A stretch of 64,000 bases of DNA, taken from Macrostomum lignano (Eukaryota). The stretch lies in contig NIVC01002085.1 of the NCBI GenBank assembly GCA_002269645.1, positions 1 through 64,000 on the forward strand, read 5' to 3'. How positions within the stretch are numbered: the stretch's first letter is position 1; each line of letters begins with the position of its first letter. This document shows, one piece after another, positions 34,801 through 50,432 of the stretch. Both the position numbers and the translations under genes were made by a program. The notes under the pieces were generated by a model. That model was not told the DNA's origin. It saw only the letters and a program-made list of their open reading frames with translations, and made no database searches.

Positions 34801-37216
34801 ATCGATTAAATAAATCATCCTCCATTCCCCCACCTGCAGGTGGTGCTCAGCAACGCACCCCGTCTGCACGCCGACCAGCTCAGTCTGCAGTTTGCTCACC
34901 CCACCAACCCAGACCGAGTCCTCTGGAGCGCCCAGGCTCGCCTACTAGACGACCGTCAGCCTCGCGACATCGTGACGAACTCCAGTGTGGTGTGCAACCA
35001 GCCGGGCAGTCAGATTCGTGTAAAACACGGTCAGCCAGTTGAAGTGGCCTGCTCGGTGCCCAGACTGTGGCTATCACTGCCCGGCTTCACTGCCTACTGG
35101 ACCGTGAGCAGTTCTGTGCAGTTCTACCCAGTTGGCAGCGTGTCCTGCGCCTATCCTATGGACTCTGTGCGATTGTTATTAAACAATATGAATGCTGATA
35201 ACCAATGGAATTGGCCTGATAAGATGCTGGATCCGCCATCTGTGCCTGCTCAATCGGCTTGTATTAATAATCGATTTCGTACATTGTTAGAAGCCGATTT
35301 TGGCTGGCGTCTGGTCATAAAAAATAGTCGGAGCGTCGCTGCTAATCCCGCTAGTGACTGGGTGGAATTTGTTTATAGACTACCAGCCGCTTACTATGTT
35401 CACGCTAGTAGGTCAGTGACCTTTCGTGTTAATGTGTCCGAACCGGTATTTGCTAGGCAGCCTCTGCCAAGGCGCACTTTTGGATTCACTGTTGGTAAGC
35501 ACCTCATTTATCTGGTTTGGGTTCTGAGTTTCTGTTGTAGGTGTGTGTATTCTGGTGTGCCCATTGTGTGTATTCTAGTGTGCCCATTGTGTGTATTCTG
35601 GTGTGCCCATTGTGCGTATTCTGGTGTGCCCATTGTGTGTGTATTCTGGTGTGCCCATTGTGTGTATTCTGGTGTGCCCATTGTGTGTGTATTCTGGTGT
35701 GCCCATTGTATGTATTCTGGTGTGCCCATTGTGTGTATTCTGGTGTGCCCAGTTTGTGTGTGTGTCTGTATTCACCTGGGGTGTCCATTGTGTGTGTCTG
35801 TATTCACCTGGGGTGTCCATTGTACGTGTCTGTATTCACCTGGGGTGTCCATTGTCTGTCTATCGGCCTGCATCACGGGGTGTCCATTGTGTGTCTATCG
35901 GCCTGCATCACGGGGTGTCCATTGTGTGTCTATCGGCCTGCATCACGGGGTGTCCATTGTGTGTCTATCGGCCTGCATCACGGGGTGTCCATTGTGTGTC
36001 TATCGGCCTGCATCATGAGGTGTCCATTGTGTGTCTATCGGCCTGCATCATGAGGTGTCCATTGTGTGTCTATCGGCCTGCATCATGAGGTGTCCATTGT
36101 GTGTCTATCGGCCTGCATCATGAGGTGTCCATTGTGTGTCTATCGGCCTGCATCATGGGGTGTCCATTGTGTGTCTATCGGCCTGCATCACGGGGTGTCC
36201 ATTGTGTGTCTATCGGCCTGCATCACGGGGTGTCCATTGTGTGTCTATCGCTTGCATCACGGGGTGTCCATTGTATGTCTATCGGCCTGCATCATGGGGT
36301 GTCCATTGTGTGTCTATCGGCCTGTATCATGGGGTGTCCATTGTGTGTCTATCGGCCTGCATCATGGGGTGTCAATTGTGTCTATCGGCCTGTATCATGG
36401 GGTGTCCATTGTGTGTCTATCGGCCTGTATCATGGGGTGTCCATTGTGTGTCTATCGGCCTGTATCATGGGGTGTCCATTGTGTGTCTATCGGCCTGTAT
36501 CATGGGGTGTCCATTGTGTGTCTATCGGCCTGTATCATGAGGTGTCCATTGTGTGTCTATCGGCCTGCATCATGAGGTGTCCATTGTGTGTCTATCGGCC
36601 TGCATCATGAGGTGTCCATTGTGTGTCTATCGGCCTGCATCATGAGGTGTCCATTGTGTGTCTATCGGCCTGCATCATGAGGTGTCCATTGTGTGTCTAT
36701 CGGCCTGCATCATGAGGTGTCCATTGTGTGTCTATCGGCCTGTATCATGGGGTGTCCATTGTGTGTCTATCGGCCTGTATCATGGGGTGTCCATTGTGTG
36801 TCTATCGGCCTGTATCATGAGGTGTCCATTGTGTGTCTATCGGCCTGCATCACGGGGTGTCCATTGTGTGTCTATCGGCCTGCATCATGGGGTGTCCATT
36901 GTGTGTCTATCGGCCTGCATCATGGGGTGTCCATTGTGTGTCTATCGGCCTGTATCATGGGGTGTCCATTGTGTGTCTATCGGCCTGTATCATGGGGTGT
37001 CCATTGCGTGTCTGTATTCACCTGGTTCACCTGGGGTGTCCATCGTGAGCTTCAATTTCTTACGTCAGTAAGGCCATCGACTTCAAACAAAAATTTCCAG
37101 AAGACGATGTACTGACCTCCGGTGCGAATTCTGTTTCGTCAGCTGATAATCGAGCCGCAATTTCCGCTGCCGTTCTTGTTGCTTCAGCCCTGTCATTTCT
37201 GCTGCCAGCATGTTAA
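31828..37216 (+). CDS. Ig-domain cell-surface glycoprotein with C-terminal GPI-anchor signal. Exons: 31828-32166, 33098-33184, 33516-33784, 34840-35494, 37101-37216. The first (signal peptide) exon was not located.
   Basis: All introns are GT-AG with matching phases (1,1,0,1) and the exons give about 488 aa without an internal stop. Ig motifs are INITCSF and QDTGYYGC (DxGxYxC). There are many N-x-S/T sites. The protein ends EDDVLTSGANSVSSADNRAAISAAVLVASALSFLLPAC*. Confidence 0.85.
32226..32533 (+). mobile_element. tRNA-derived SINE with a conserved central domain and (ATT)n tail, in intron of the Ig gene
   Basis: A box TAGCCTAGTGG, B box GGTTCGATTCC, central gtgtccttgagcaagacacttaac (CORE/V-SINE-like) and cacccagctgcaaattgggt. 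Ends in tattattattatt. Confidence 0.85.
33829..34803. repeat. 29-bp minisatellite (GATGACCTTATAGATTCCTATGACCCATC), intronic
   Basis: cccatcgatg at 33871, 33900 and onwards. Confidence 0.97.
35540..37040. repeat. Compound 25/27-bp then 35-bp minisatellite (GTGTCCATTGTGTGTCTATCGGCCTGCATCATGGG), intronic
   Basis: Seen directly. Both unit types share the core CCATTGTGTGT. Confidence 0.97.
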
Positions 37217-38418
37217 CTTATTAGTTAGTTAACAATAATGACAAGTTATATGACTAAAAATGTTCAACAGAGTTAGGCTTGTGCATTCTCCGAATCACGT
37301 GACAAACATTTTAGTTCCTACTTTTCATTTGCGTGCCCGAGACTTCAAGTTAATTGAATAGTTGAAGGTCGTTTTTGTTTATTTTCCAGTCTTAGGGCGT
37401 AGCCTTGGGTATTAAATATCAGTGTTTTATGTGGGAACATTTCTTTTTTCGCCAGCTATAAGCTGGTGGTTTACACTTGATTATAATATGCTAATTATGT
37501 GCACCGCGGCACACCCTGTCACCCTTTCTATTACCGCTGTTTAATCTAAGCTCAATAAGTTTTTTAAAAACTAAGTCAGGTAGGCCATAAATGAATTCGA
37601 ACAGCCAACTTATCTCTTGTAGGTCCTTTGATTGTTTTAGTTTCTCGTGTTCCAACTGCTCTACTTGTTAGTAGGCTAGTAGCAATGTTTGCTCCGTTTA
37701 ACTTTGATTCCCGCACTGAGGAAATTTCCAATAAATAAGAATTGATGCTAGTCAATTTTGTGTATTTTTTAATTGTTAGATATTGAAATTGATTGCTAAT
37801 ATCCATGAACAATCACTTTAATTATCATTTTAGTTACAAATCTTTTACTCATAGCTGTTGTGCACCTCATTGATTTTGATTTACAATTTGACACCATTTT
37901 TTTAATTGACGATCTGGTCACCAACAATTTTACTTTTTAGCTTTTTATAATTTATAACTATAATAATTATATTACATTATTAGTCATTTAGCTCTATTTA
38001 ATTTTCAATATATTGGTAGCTGTGAAATTCGTTTGTAAAACATTTTGTTTATGTGTTGTTTTTATGGTGGATTGTTTGTTCATTAGTAGCTCTCATGCCT
38101 GGCTTAGATCAAGTGCATGTCTAATTTCTTGTTTTCATTTTGCATCCTGCTTCAACAGGCTATAGCTGTATGTCCTTGTCCGGACCCGAATCGCGGATGC
38201 GGAACGGAGGCCTCTCTGTCCGAATCTGTTTTGTGTGTGCGTGCGTTTTTTGTTTTACCTTTATCCACTGCCTAAACTGAAGAGGCGGGCACGTGGAAGC
38301 TTGGTTATTTAGGTCTGCAAATTGTAGTGCTCTTGTGATTGGGGTTCTGGCTTGGCCCTGTTGGATTGCCGAATATTTATCTCTCGTACAGAATTCCAGT
38401 CTAATTTTACTCCTTTCT

Positions 38419-38441
38419 GTCTGTTTGTCTGTCACACTGGA

Positions 38442-38476
<35 letters not shown>

Positions 38477-38516
38477 TCGTCTGTCTGTCTGTCTGTTTAT
38501 CTGGATGTCTGTCCGC

Positions 38517-38576
<60 letters not shown>

Positions 38577-38677
38577 GTGTCTGTCTGTTTATCTGGATGT
38601 CTGTCCGTCTGTTTGTCTGTCTGTGTCTGTCTGTCTGTCTGTTTATCTGGATGTCTGTCCGTCTGTTTGTCTGTCTG

Positions 38678-38724
<47 letters not shown>

Positions 38725-38918
38725 ATGTCTGTCTTTATGTATGTATGTATGTATGTATGTCTGTTTGTCATTTTATATCTGTCTGTTCGTCCTAGCTTGT
38801 CTTAGTGTCTATTTGTCTGTCTGTCGGTGTGGTGTGTCTGTCGGCCTTTTTATCTGTCTGTTTGTCCCAGCGTGTCTTTTTTCTGTCTGTCTGTCTGTCT
38901 GTCCGTCTGTCTGTCTGG
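38419..38918. repeat. (TCTG)n microsatellite, degenerate
   Basis: Seen directly. Confidence 0.97.
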
Positions 38919-39777
38919 GTCTGCCTAACCCACCCAGGTTCCCATCATTCTTCTCATCTGCAGAGCAGGGCTGAGCCGTGAACAACTGTTACAATCTATG
39001 CAAGCAGTGCAGAAAAAACCTGTCATATTTAATACCCGCCTAGAATATTAACTAAAAAAGTTTCAATCGTGTTTACTGCAAATTGTGTTGGTGTTGTTTG
39101 TGCCAATGTTACTCATACTTTTTGTCAGACGGAAAATGTTTCTGCCAACAGGTCCCAGCGTAAAAATTTTTTGCTGCATTCTAAATATTTTGCGGATGCA
39201 ATATGTACTTTTATTTTTTCTGTGTGCCGTGCTCACTTGAATGTTGAAGTCTTAACTACCAAATTTTTATCAAAATTCAATTATTAACTTGTTAGTTAAT
39301 AATTTTTGTTTAGATTTCTTCTAATGCCTTATTAATAAAACATTTTTTTATTGTTTTGGTTCCTGGTCTATAAGGCCAGGTCTATAAGGCTCTTCTGCAA
39401 AATTGGGTTTTGTGATTTCTGTTTAATCACCTTGGTTTTTATGTATTGTACTTTTGTGTGGATTTTAGTTTGTACTGTCTCGATTTTGAATTGATTCTTT
39501 TTGCAGCTCGATCATAATTTCACCATTAATTAGTCTGTGTATCTCGCTTGGTGTTCTGATAATTACTGTATTTATCCATTTCGCGTAGATAATAAACTCG
39601 TTTTTAATTGATTAAACTAATTATTATTATTATTATTATTTAAATAAAAAGTAATTTCACAGTAATATGGCTGATGCATTTTTCTTAATGTAACACTGCA
39701 TCCTATTGTGTGTGCTTTAGTGACAACGGCTTCTCCGTAAAGAGCTTTAGTCTTTTAATTCTTTTTTGTTTGTCTTA

Positions 39778-40617
39778 GACATCGGTGAGAGCAGCCTAAA
39801 AGTACATTCTCGATTGGATTCTTGTGGAAACCCATGTTCATCAGTGTACATTGGTGAGAGCAGCCTAAAAGTACATTCTCGATTGGATTCTTGTGGAAAC
39901 CCATGCTCATCAGTGTACATTGGTGAGAGCAGCCTAAAAGTACATTCTCGATTGGATTCTTGTGGAAACCCATGTTCATCAGTGTACATTGGTGAGAGCA
40001 GCCTAAAAGTACATTCTCGATTGGATTCTTGTGGAAACCCATGTTCATCAGTGTATATTGGTGAGAGCAGCCTAAAAGTACATTCTAGACTAGATTCTTG
40101 TGGAAACCGATGTTCATCAGTGTGTATTGGTGAGAGCAGCCTAAAAGTACATTCTATAGATTGGATTCTTGTGGAAACCCATGTTCATCAGTGTACATTG
40201 GTGAGAGCAGCCTAAAAGTACATTCTCGATTGGATTCTTGTGGAAACCCATGTTCATCAGTGTACATTGGTGAGAGCAGCCTAAAAGTACATTCTAGATT
40301 GGATTCTTGTGGAAACCCATGTTCATCAGTGTACATTGGTGAGAGCAGCCTAAAAGTACATTCTATAGATTGGATTCTTGTGGAAACCCATGTTCATCAG
40401 TGTACATTGGTGAGAGCAGCCTAAAAGTACATTCTAAATTGGATTCTTGTGGAAACCCACGTTCATCAGTGTACATTGGTGAGAGCAGCCTAAAAGTACA
40501 TTCTAAATTGGATTCTTGTGGAAACCCACGTTCATCAGTGTACATTGGTGAGAGCAGCCTAAAAGTACATTCTAAATTGGATTCTTGTGGAAACCCACGT
40601 TCATCAGTGTACATTAG
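39778..40617. repeat. 69-71-bp tandem repeat, about 12 copies
   Basis: Unit gagagcagcctaaaagtacattctcgattggattcttgtggaaacccatgttcatcagtgtacattggt. Confidence 0.97.
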
Positions 40618-41126
40618 TGAGAGGAAACTAAAAGTACAAAATGAGATTGGTTGCATGTACACTGAATAAATCGAAGTGATTCAAAAGCAAAAATTTATCT
40701 GGGCTTTCATAAAAACAAATCTACGGATGTTTCACTGTGGTAAAATCCAATGAGCTCTCATGGGCGGCAGGCCAGGTCATCATTGGCTCTCTGTCATCCG
40801 GTAATTTAGCTGGCTTATAGCTGCACGCTCGGGGTCGATTGTTGCAAAGTCTGCATCCAAGCGATTTAAAAATCTGCCCTGCATAGCCGTGAACAAATTT
40901 TTTCGAATTTGTTTTTTAACCGCACAATATAAAAATGCAGCCACCATCGGACAGTAAGTTCGACTGCACTTGTTGATGTTAAAATTGATTTTGGCTTGAT
41001 TGTGCATGTGCTCCATCAAAGCTGTTCAGGCTGATGGTGTGCGGAAGCGGAAATTCCAAGTTGGCCGCGTGGAATTCATAAGCAAATAATTGAAGCACTT
41101 TCGGGTGGGATGATCTGCACATCATT

Positions 41127-42193
<1,067 letters not shown>

Positions 42194-42689
42194 TATCACT
42201 ATTTCCCTGAAGCCTTGCGTGGATTAAGCCGCCAATCAAAGCAGTCAATAGACGAGCCTCATTCAGCTCAATAATGTGCCGTGCTAATTCTGGCTTTATT
42301 CAAGCAACGCCGCGGCTCCCACCGGATGCGCAGTGCGGCAGTGGCAGGCCCAGCTTAAAATAGGATCCTGGCCGCCCCATTGCCGCCTATTATATTTAAA
42401 TATGGTTCCTGTTTTTGGCATTCTCCTGCGCTTAATCTCTGTTCCCATCTCAGATGAGGAAATCGCCAGCCGACCTTCTCAAAGAAGCCTTGCATGGGAG
42501 TGTCTACTTTTTATGGAGACTAAAGGCATTATGCACCTCAGGGTTGCTTACTAGGGATCTGGGGATAACCGAAATATGGCGAGTGGGATCTGCATAGACT
42601 GATCGGCTCGGGCCCTGCTTAATCCCTCATCATTCTCTGACAGCTGATAATGAAGTGCCATGACTATTGAGCCTTGTTGATGAAACTTG

Positions 42690-43248
42690 GCAGATTGAAG
42701 ATGGTAGATTGCAGATGGTAGAATGCAGATGGTATATTGCAGATGGTAGAATGCAGATGGTAGATTGCAGATGGTAGATTGTAGATGGTAGATTGCAGAT
42801 GGTAGATTGAAGATGGTAGATTGCAGATGGCAGATTGCAGGTGGTAGATTGCAGATGGTAGAATGCAGATGGTAGATTGCAGATGGTAGACGGAAGATGG
42901 TAGATTGCAGATGGTAGAATGCAGATGGTAGAATGCAGATGGTAGACTGCAGATGGTAGATTGCAGATGGTAGACTGCAGATGGTAGACTGAAGATGGTA
43001 GATTGCAGGTAGTAGACTGCAGATGGTAGACGGAAGATGGTAGATTGCAGATGGTAGACTGCAGATGGTAGACGGAAGATGGTAGATTGCAGATGGTAGA
43101 CGGAAGATGGTAGATTGCAGATGGTAGACGGAAGATGGTAGATTGCAGATGGTAGATTGCAGATGGTAGATTGCAGACGGTAGATTGCAGATGGCAGATT
43201 ACAGATGGTAGACTGCAGATGGTAGACTGCAGATGGTAGACTGCAGAT
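42690..43248. repeat. 14-bp minisatellite (GATTGCAGATGGTA)
   Basis: Seen directly. Confidence 0.95.
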
Positions 43249-43844
43249 TTTAAATTTGCAATACTTTGTCGTGAGTGTTTGGCAGATTACAGGGCATACA
43301 AAAAACTACGTATAATACAGTTGACAACCTCAATCAGCTGTTTCTAGATCCCGCTCACTTTCATACTCAGTTCCAAGTTCTGCCTTAAAGCACCAAAACT
43401 ATTGATACATGTATTGCACTAAGAAGCAACCATAAGTATTCCATAAATTATGTATAAATCTGATTATTCAAATCGGGGGGGAGGGACTTATTAGGGATTA
43501 GCGAAATCCTATATCCCTGATTCTATCGCATTGAATGCCTCGATGACTACAAGTTGTCGTTCTGTTGTGTACCTGCTTATTAGGCTAAAATACAGCCCCG
43601 CAGCACCCACAACCCCGACTGCAGGGGGGGGGGGGTAGATCGAGGGTTGAGATCCCGGCTCAGGAAGAGAGATTTCTGATGCGGAAAAAAGATAATCTGC
43701 TGCTAAGCTAAGCGTGGGGTGCTGAGTGCAGATTTGGCGTAGAAAATTTCTCCCATTTTTTGCGCATTGCGAGTCGAGATGAGTATACCACAGTTAAATA
43801 GGCTTTTTTATTCATCATTTCCCTAATCTAAATATACTAAAAAA

Positions 43845-45180
43845 ATTCCCATCTATATTCGCTTAATCCTCATATATATTCTCTTAATCCACATCTATAT
43901 TCTCTTAATCCACATATGTATTCTCTTAATCCACATCTATATTCTCTTAATCCACATCTGTATCCTCTTAATCCACATCTATATTCTCCTAATCCGCATC
44001 TATATTATCATAATGCACATCCATATTCTCTTAATCTACATCTATGTTCTCTTAATCCACATCTGTATTCTCTTAATCCACATCTATATTCTCTTAATCC
44101 ACATCTATATTCTCTTAATCCACATCTATATTCTCTTAATCCACATCTATATTCTCTTAATCCACATCTATATTATCATAATGCACATCCATATTCTCTT
44201 AATCTACATCTATGTTCTCTTAATCCACATCTGTATTCTCCTAATCCACATCTGTATTCTCTTATTCCACATCTATTTGCTCTTAATCCACATCTATATT
44301 CTCTTAATCCACATCTATATTCTCTTAATCCACATCTATATTCTCTTAATCCACATCTGTATTCTCTTAATCCACATCTGTATTCTCTTAATCCACATCT
44401 GTATTCTCTTAATCCACTTTTGTATTCTCTTAATCCACATCTGTATTCTCTTAATCCACATCTGTATCTTCTTAATCCACATCTATATTCTCTTAATCCA
44501 CATCTATATTCTCCTAATCCACTTCTATATTCTCTTATTCCACATATGTATTCTCTTAATCCACATCTATATTCTCTTAATCCACTTTTGTATTCTCCTA
44601 ATCCACATATGTATTCTCTTAATACACATCTATATTCTCTTAATCCATATCTGTATTCTCATAATCCACATCTATATTCTCTTAATCCACATCTATATTC
44701 TCCTAATCCACATCTATATTCTCTTAATCCACATCTATATTCTCCTAATCCACATCTATATTCTCTTATTCCACATCTATATTCTCCTAATCCACATCTA
44801 TATTCTCCTAATCCACATCTATATTCTCTTAATCCACATCTATATTCTCCTAATCCACATCTATATTCTCTTAATCCACATCTATATTCTCCTAATCCAC
44901 TTCTATATTCTCTTATTCCACATATGTATTCTCTTAATCCACATCTATATTCTCTTAATCCACTTTTGTATTCTCCTAATCCACATATGTATTCTCTTAA
45001 TACACATCTATATTCTCTTAATCCATATCTGTATTCTCATAATCCACATCTATATTCTCTTAATCCACATCTATATTCTCCTAATCCACATCTATATTCT
45101 CTTAATCCACATCTATATTATAATAATGCACATCCATATTCTCATAATCTACGTCTATTTTATCATAATCCACATCTACG
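43845..45180. repeat. 21-bp minisatellite (TCTATATTCTCTTAATCCACA)
   Basis: Seen directly; it explains the LYSLNPH-repeat ORF. Confidence 0.97.
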
Positions 45181-45491
45181 CTCGTAATATTCCTTCATGT
45201 TTAACCTTTTGTAACCTTCTGCATTCTCTCTCCCATCTTTGTCCACTCTTTGTCCAAAAATTGACAAAAAAACAATCACTTAGACCCCCAACCAGCTCTG
45301 CTAGATGCAGCAACTACTATTTTGATTGCCAGTAGAAAAAACTTGGTGCTTTGACAAATTTTTTAATTGCCAAAATTGGTACATTTTTCCAGGGTCGTGC
45401 GATTCTTTGTGACAAAATCCGAATTGCAACAATTTTTTTGGTAATTAAATCGTGCACTAGCGAGACCCGTTATCAGAACTGGCCATAAATT

Positions 45492-46437
45492 AGCAATCCA
45501 CAGCCCATACTGGTCATAGACTAGACTAGCAATCCACAGCGCACACTGGTCATAGACTAGACTAGCAATCCACAGCCCATACTGGTCATAGACTAGCAAT
45601 CCACAGCCCATACTGGTCATAGACTAGACTAGCAATCCACAGCGCACACTGGTCATAGACTAGACTAGCAATCCACAGCCCATACTGGTCATAGACTAGC
45701 AATCCACAGCCCATACTGGTCATAGACTAGACTAGCAATCCACAGCGCACACTGGTCATAGACTAGACTAGCAATCCACAGCCCATACTGGTCATAGACT
45801 AGCAATCCACAGCCCATACTGGTCATAGACTAGACTAGCAATCCACAGCGCACACTGGTCATAGACTAGACTAGCAATCCACAGCCCATACTGGTCATAG
45901 ACTAGCAATCCACAGCCCATACTGGTCATAGACTAGACTAGCAATCCACAGCCCATACTGGTCATAGACTAGCAATCCACAGCCCATACTGGTCATAGAC
46001 TGGCAATCCACAGCCCATACTGGTCATAGACTAGCAATCCACAGCCCATACTGGTCATAGACTGGCAATCCACAGCCCATACTGGTCATAGACAGGCAAT
46101 CCACAGCCCATACTGGTCATAGACTAGACTAGCAATCCACAGCCCATACTGGTCATAGACTAGCAATCCACAGCCCATACTGGTCATAGACTAGACTAGC
46201 AATCCACAGCGCACACTGTTCATAGACTAGACTAGCAATCCACAGCCCATACTGGTCATAGACTAGCAATCCACAGCCCATACTGGTCATAGACTGGCAA
46301 TCCACAGCCCATACTGGTCATAGACTGGCAATCCACAGCCCATACTGGTCATAGACTAGACTAGCAATCCACAGCCCATACTGGTCATAGACTAGCAATC
46401 CACAGCCCATACTGGTCATAGACTGGCAATCCACAGC
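45492..46437. repeat. 31/36-bp minisatellite (CTAGCAATCCACAGCCCATACTGGTCATAGA[CTAGA])
   Basis: Seen directly. Confidence 0.97.
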
Positions 46438-46814
46438 CTTCACAGCATCTGGCATTGGCAAAATCAATGGCGGTCCCGAAAAAAGTAAATTCATAGAATT
46501 AATCGAAGCTAGAAATTATTGCTGCCAACTCCACACTGTAAGAGAATGGCCTTGCCGCCTGATTCTGGTGCATCGATTTCTGTTGAGAGAAGTTCCCTGT
46601 CTGCAGGCCTAGCAACAACTCCTAATCCCGCGCGGAGCACTCTGGTTGAATTGGTCCAAATGGAAATGAGCACACTACGATATTGCTGAGATGACCTGTA
46701 CTGCACTTTAACAAACCCTTTTAGTGCTGTGAATTCTTTGCATAGCCAATGGAATTGATCTTCAAATTCCTGATGGCTGCTCTAAAAGCTCGAGAGCTTG
46801 CCTTAGATGGTTCA

Positions 46815-47630
46815 GGTTGTAGATTGCAGATGGTAGACTGCAGATGGTAGATTGCAGATGGTAGACTGCAGATGGTAGATTGCAGATGTAGATGGCAGAT
46901 TGCAGATGGAAGATTGTAGATGGCAGATTGCAGATGGAAGATTGCAGATGGCAGATTGCAGATGGAAGATTGTAGATGGCCGATTGCAGATGGTAGATTG
47001 TAGATGGCAGATTGCAGATGGTAGATTTCAGATTGTAGATTGCAGATGGCAGTTTGTAGATGGTAAATTTCAGATTATAGATTGTAGATTGCAGATTTTA
47101 AATTGTAGATTGCAGATGGTTTTAAATTGTAGATTGCAGATGGCAGATTGCAGATGGTAGATTTTAGATAGTAGATTGCAGATGGTAGATTTTAGATAGT
47201 AGATTGCAGATGGTAGATTTTAGATAGTAGATTGCAGATGGTAGATTTTAGATAGTAGATTGCAGATGGTTTTAAATTGTAGATTGCAGATGGTTTTAAA
47301 TTGTAGATTGCAGATGGTTTTAAATTGTAGATTGCAGATGGTTTTAAATTGTAGATTGCAGATGGTTTTAAATTGTAGATTGCAGATGGCAGATTATAGA
47401 TGGTAGATTTTAGATAGTAGATTGTAGATGGCAGATGGCAGATTATAGATGGTAGATTGCAGATTGCAGATTTTAGATGATAGATTTTATAATGTAGATT
47501 CCAGATTTCCGATGGTAGATTGTAATTGATAGATTTCAGCTCGTAGATTGCAGATTGCAATGGTAGATTTCAGAAAGCAAATTGTAAATGGAAGATTGCA
47601 GATGGTGAATTGCAAGTTGTAGATGCAGAT
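46815..47630. repeat. Second GATTGCAGATGGTA-family array with 7/14/21/28-bp variants
   Basis: Same core and orientation as 42690-43248. Confidence 0.92.
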
Positions 47631-47889
47631 GAGGGTCAGATGAGCATTCAGAGTTATTTTAAATTCGCCCATCAGCCAATGCGAATGATAATTAATCCCC
47701 TTGCCTGCTCCTCACCCAGCAAGAACGCCACCATCCCTGAGCGCTTGCTTCCTTTCTTCTCCAAATTTACCCTTTCTTTTTGCGTTCTCGCGCACTTTGC
47801 TCTCAGTTCTCAGGACAAGGGCCTTTTTTTCACTCAGTCACTCCCTCGCTGCCTTTCTGCCTTCTCTCGCAATCTCTACTACCGGGTAC

Positions 47890-48455
47890 TCTCTCCCTGC
47901 TTCTCACTCCCTGCTTCTCAATCCCTGCTTCTCAATCCCTGCTTCTCAATCCCTGCTTCTCTCTCCCTGCTTCTCTCTCCCTGCTTCTCACTCCCTGCTT
48001 CTCTCTCCCTGCTTCCCTGCTTCTCACTCCCTGCATCTCTCTACCTGCTTTTCACTCCCTACTTCTCTCTCCCTGCTTCTCTCTCCCTACTTCTCTCTCC
48101 CTACTTCTCTCTCCCTGCTTCTCACTCCCTGCATCTCTCTACCTGTTTCTCTCTCTGCTTCTCTCTCCCTACTTCTCTCTCCCTGCTTCTCTCTCCCTGC
48201 TTCTCTCTCCCTGCTTCCCTGCTTCTCTCTCCCTGCTTCTCTCTCCCGGATTCTCTCTCCCTGCTTCTCTCTCCCTGCTTCCCTGCTTCTCTCTCCCTGC
48301 TTCCCTGCTTCTCTCTCCCTGCTTCCCTGCTTCTCTCTCCCTGCTTCTCTCTCCCGGCAGGGATGCTTCTCTCTCCCTGCTTTTCACTCCCTGCATCTCT
48401 CTCCCTGCTTCTCTCTCCCTGTATATTACTCCCTCTATCTTTCTCCCTGCTTCTC
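47890..48455. repeat. 16-bp pyrimidine-rich minisatellite (CTCCCTGCTTCTCTCT)
   Basis: Seen directly. Confidence 0.95.
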
Positions 48456-48913
48456 TTTTCTTATGAAAGCGAGCATAGCTGGCAGCAGAAGAGACCGAAT
48501 GCGAAAGAAATCGGGATGAGACGCTGCGAGAGAGAAGACATCAAGCCGCTTGGCAGGTCTTCATTAACATGCAGCTCAGGTCGCGATCAAAAGAAATTCA
48601 ATTTCCCACTAGCCTAGCTCAGCTGCTCAACGCTGCACAGGTGGAAAACAAGAAGCCAGGGAAATGCAGCGCTTCATCAGCCTTTGCTTTACTTTGTTGT
48701 AGCCGTTATTGTCCCATAAATGATTTTCTTTCACCCTCTACTCCGGAGCGCTGGAGGGGCTGAGGCGAAGGCCATCTCATGATTGCCGTCGTGAAAGAAA
48801 GTGCTGGAGGCTCTCCAGCCGGCGCAAGTTCAATTAAAATATGAACAGATTTTTTAATTAGACGACATGCGTCACCAGATTGGTGGCTTCAGTTGAGCAG
48901 CAGCTCTTAGGCT

Positions 48914-50432
<1,519 letters not shown>

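Noticed and set aside
39778-40617. Hammerhead ribozyme repeat (minus-strand GTACACTGATGAAC in each 69-bp unit)
   Set aside because: No GAAA after a stem II and no stem III/NUH arrangement. The 23-aa repeat ORFs are broken by 71-bp units.
43916-45335. His/Tyr-rich repeat protein (LYSLNPH)n
   Set aside because: A 21-bp minisatellite with two frames open and no signal peptide or splice evidence.
46545-46690. Short plus-strand ORF MALPPDSGASISVERSS...
   Set aside because: About 48 codons, with no good donor or homology; cannot be supported.
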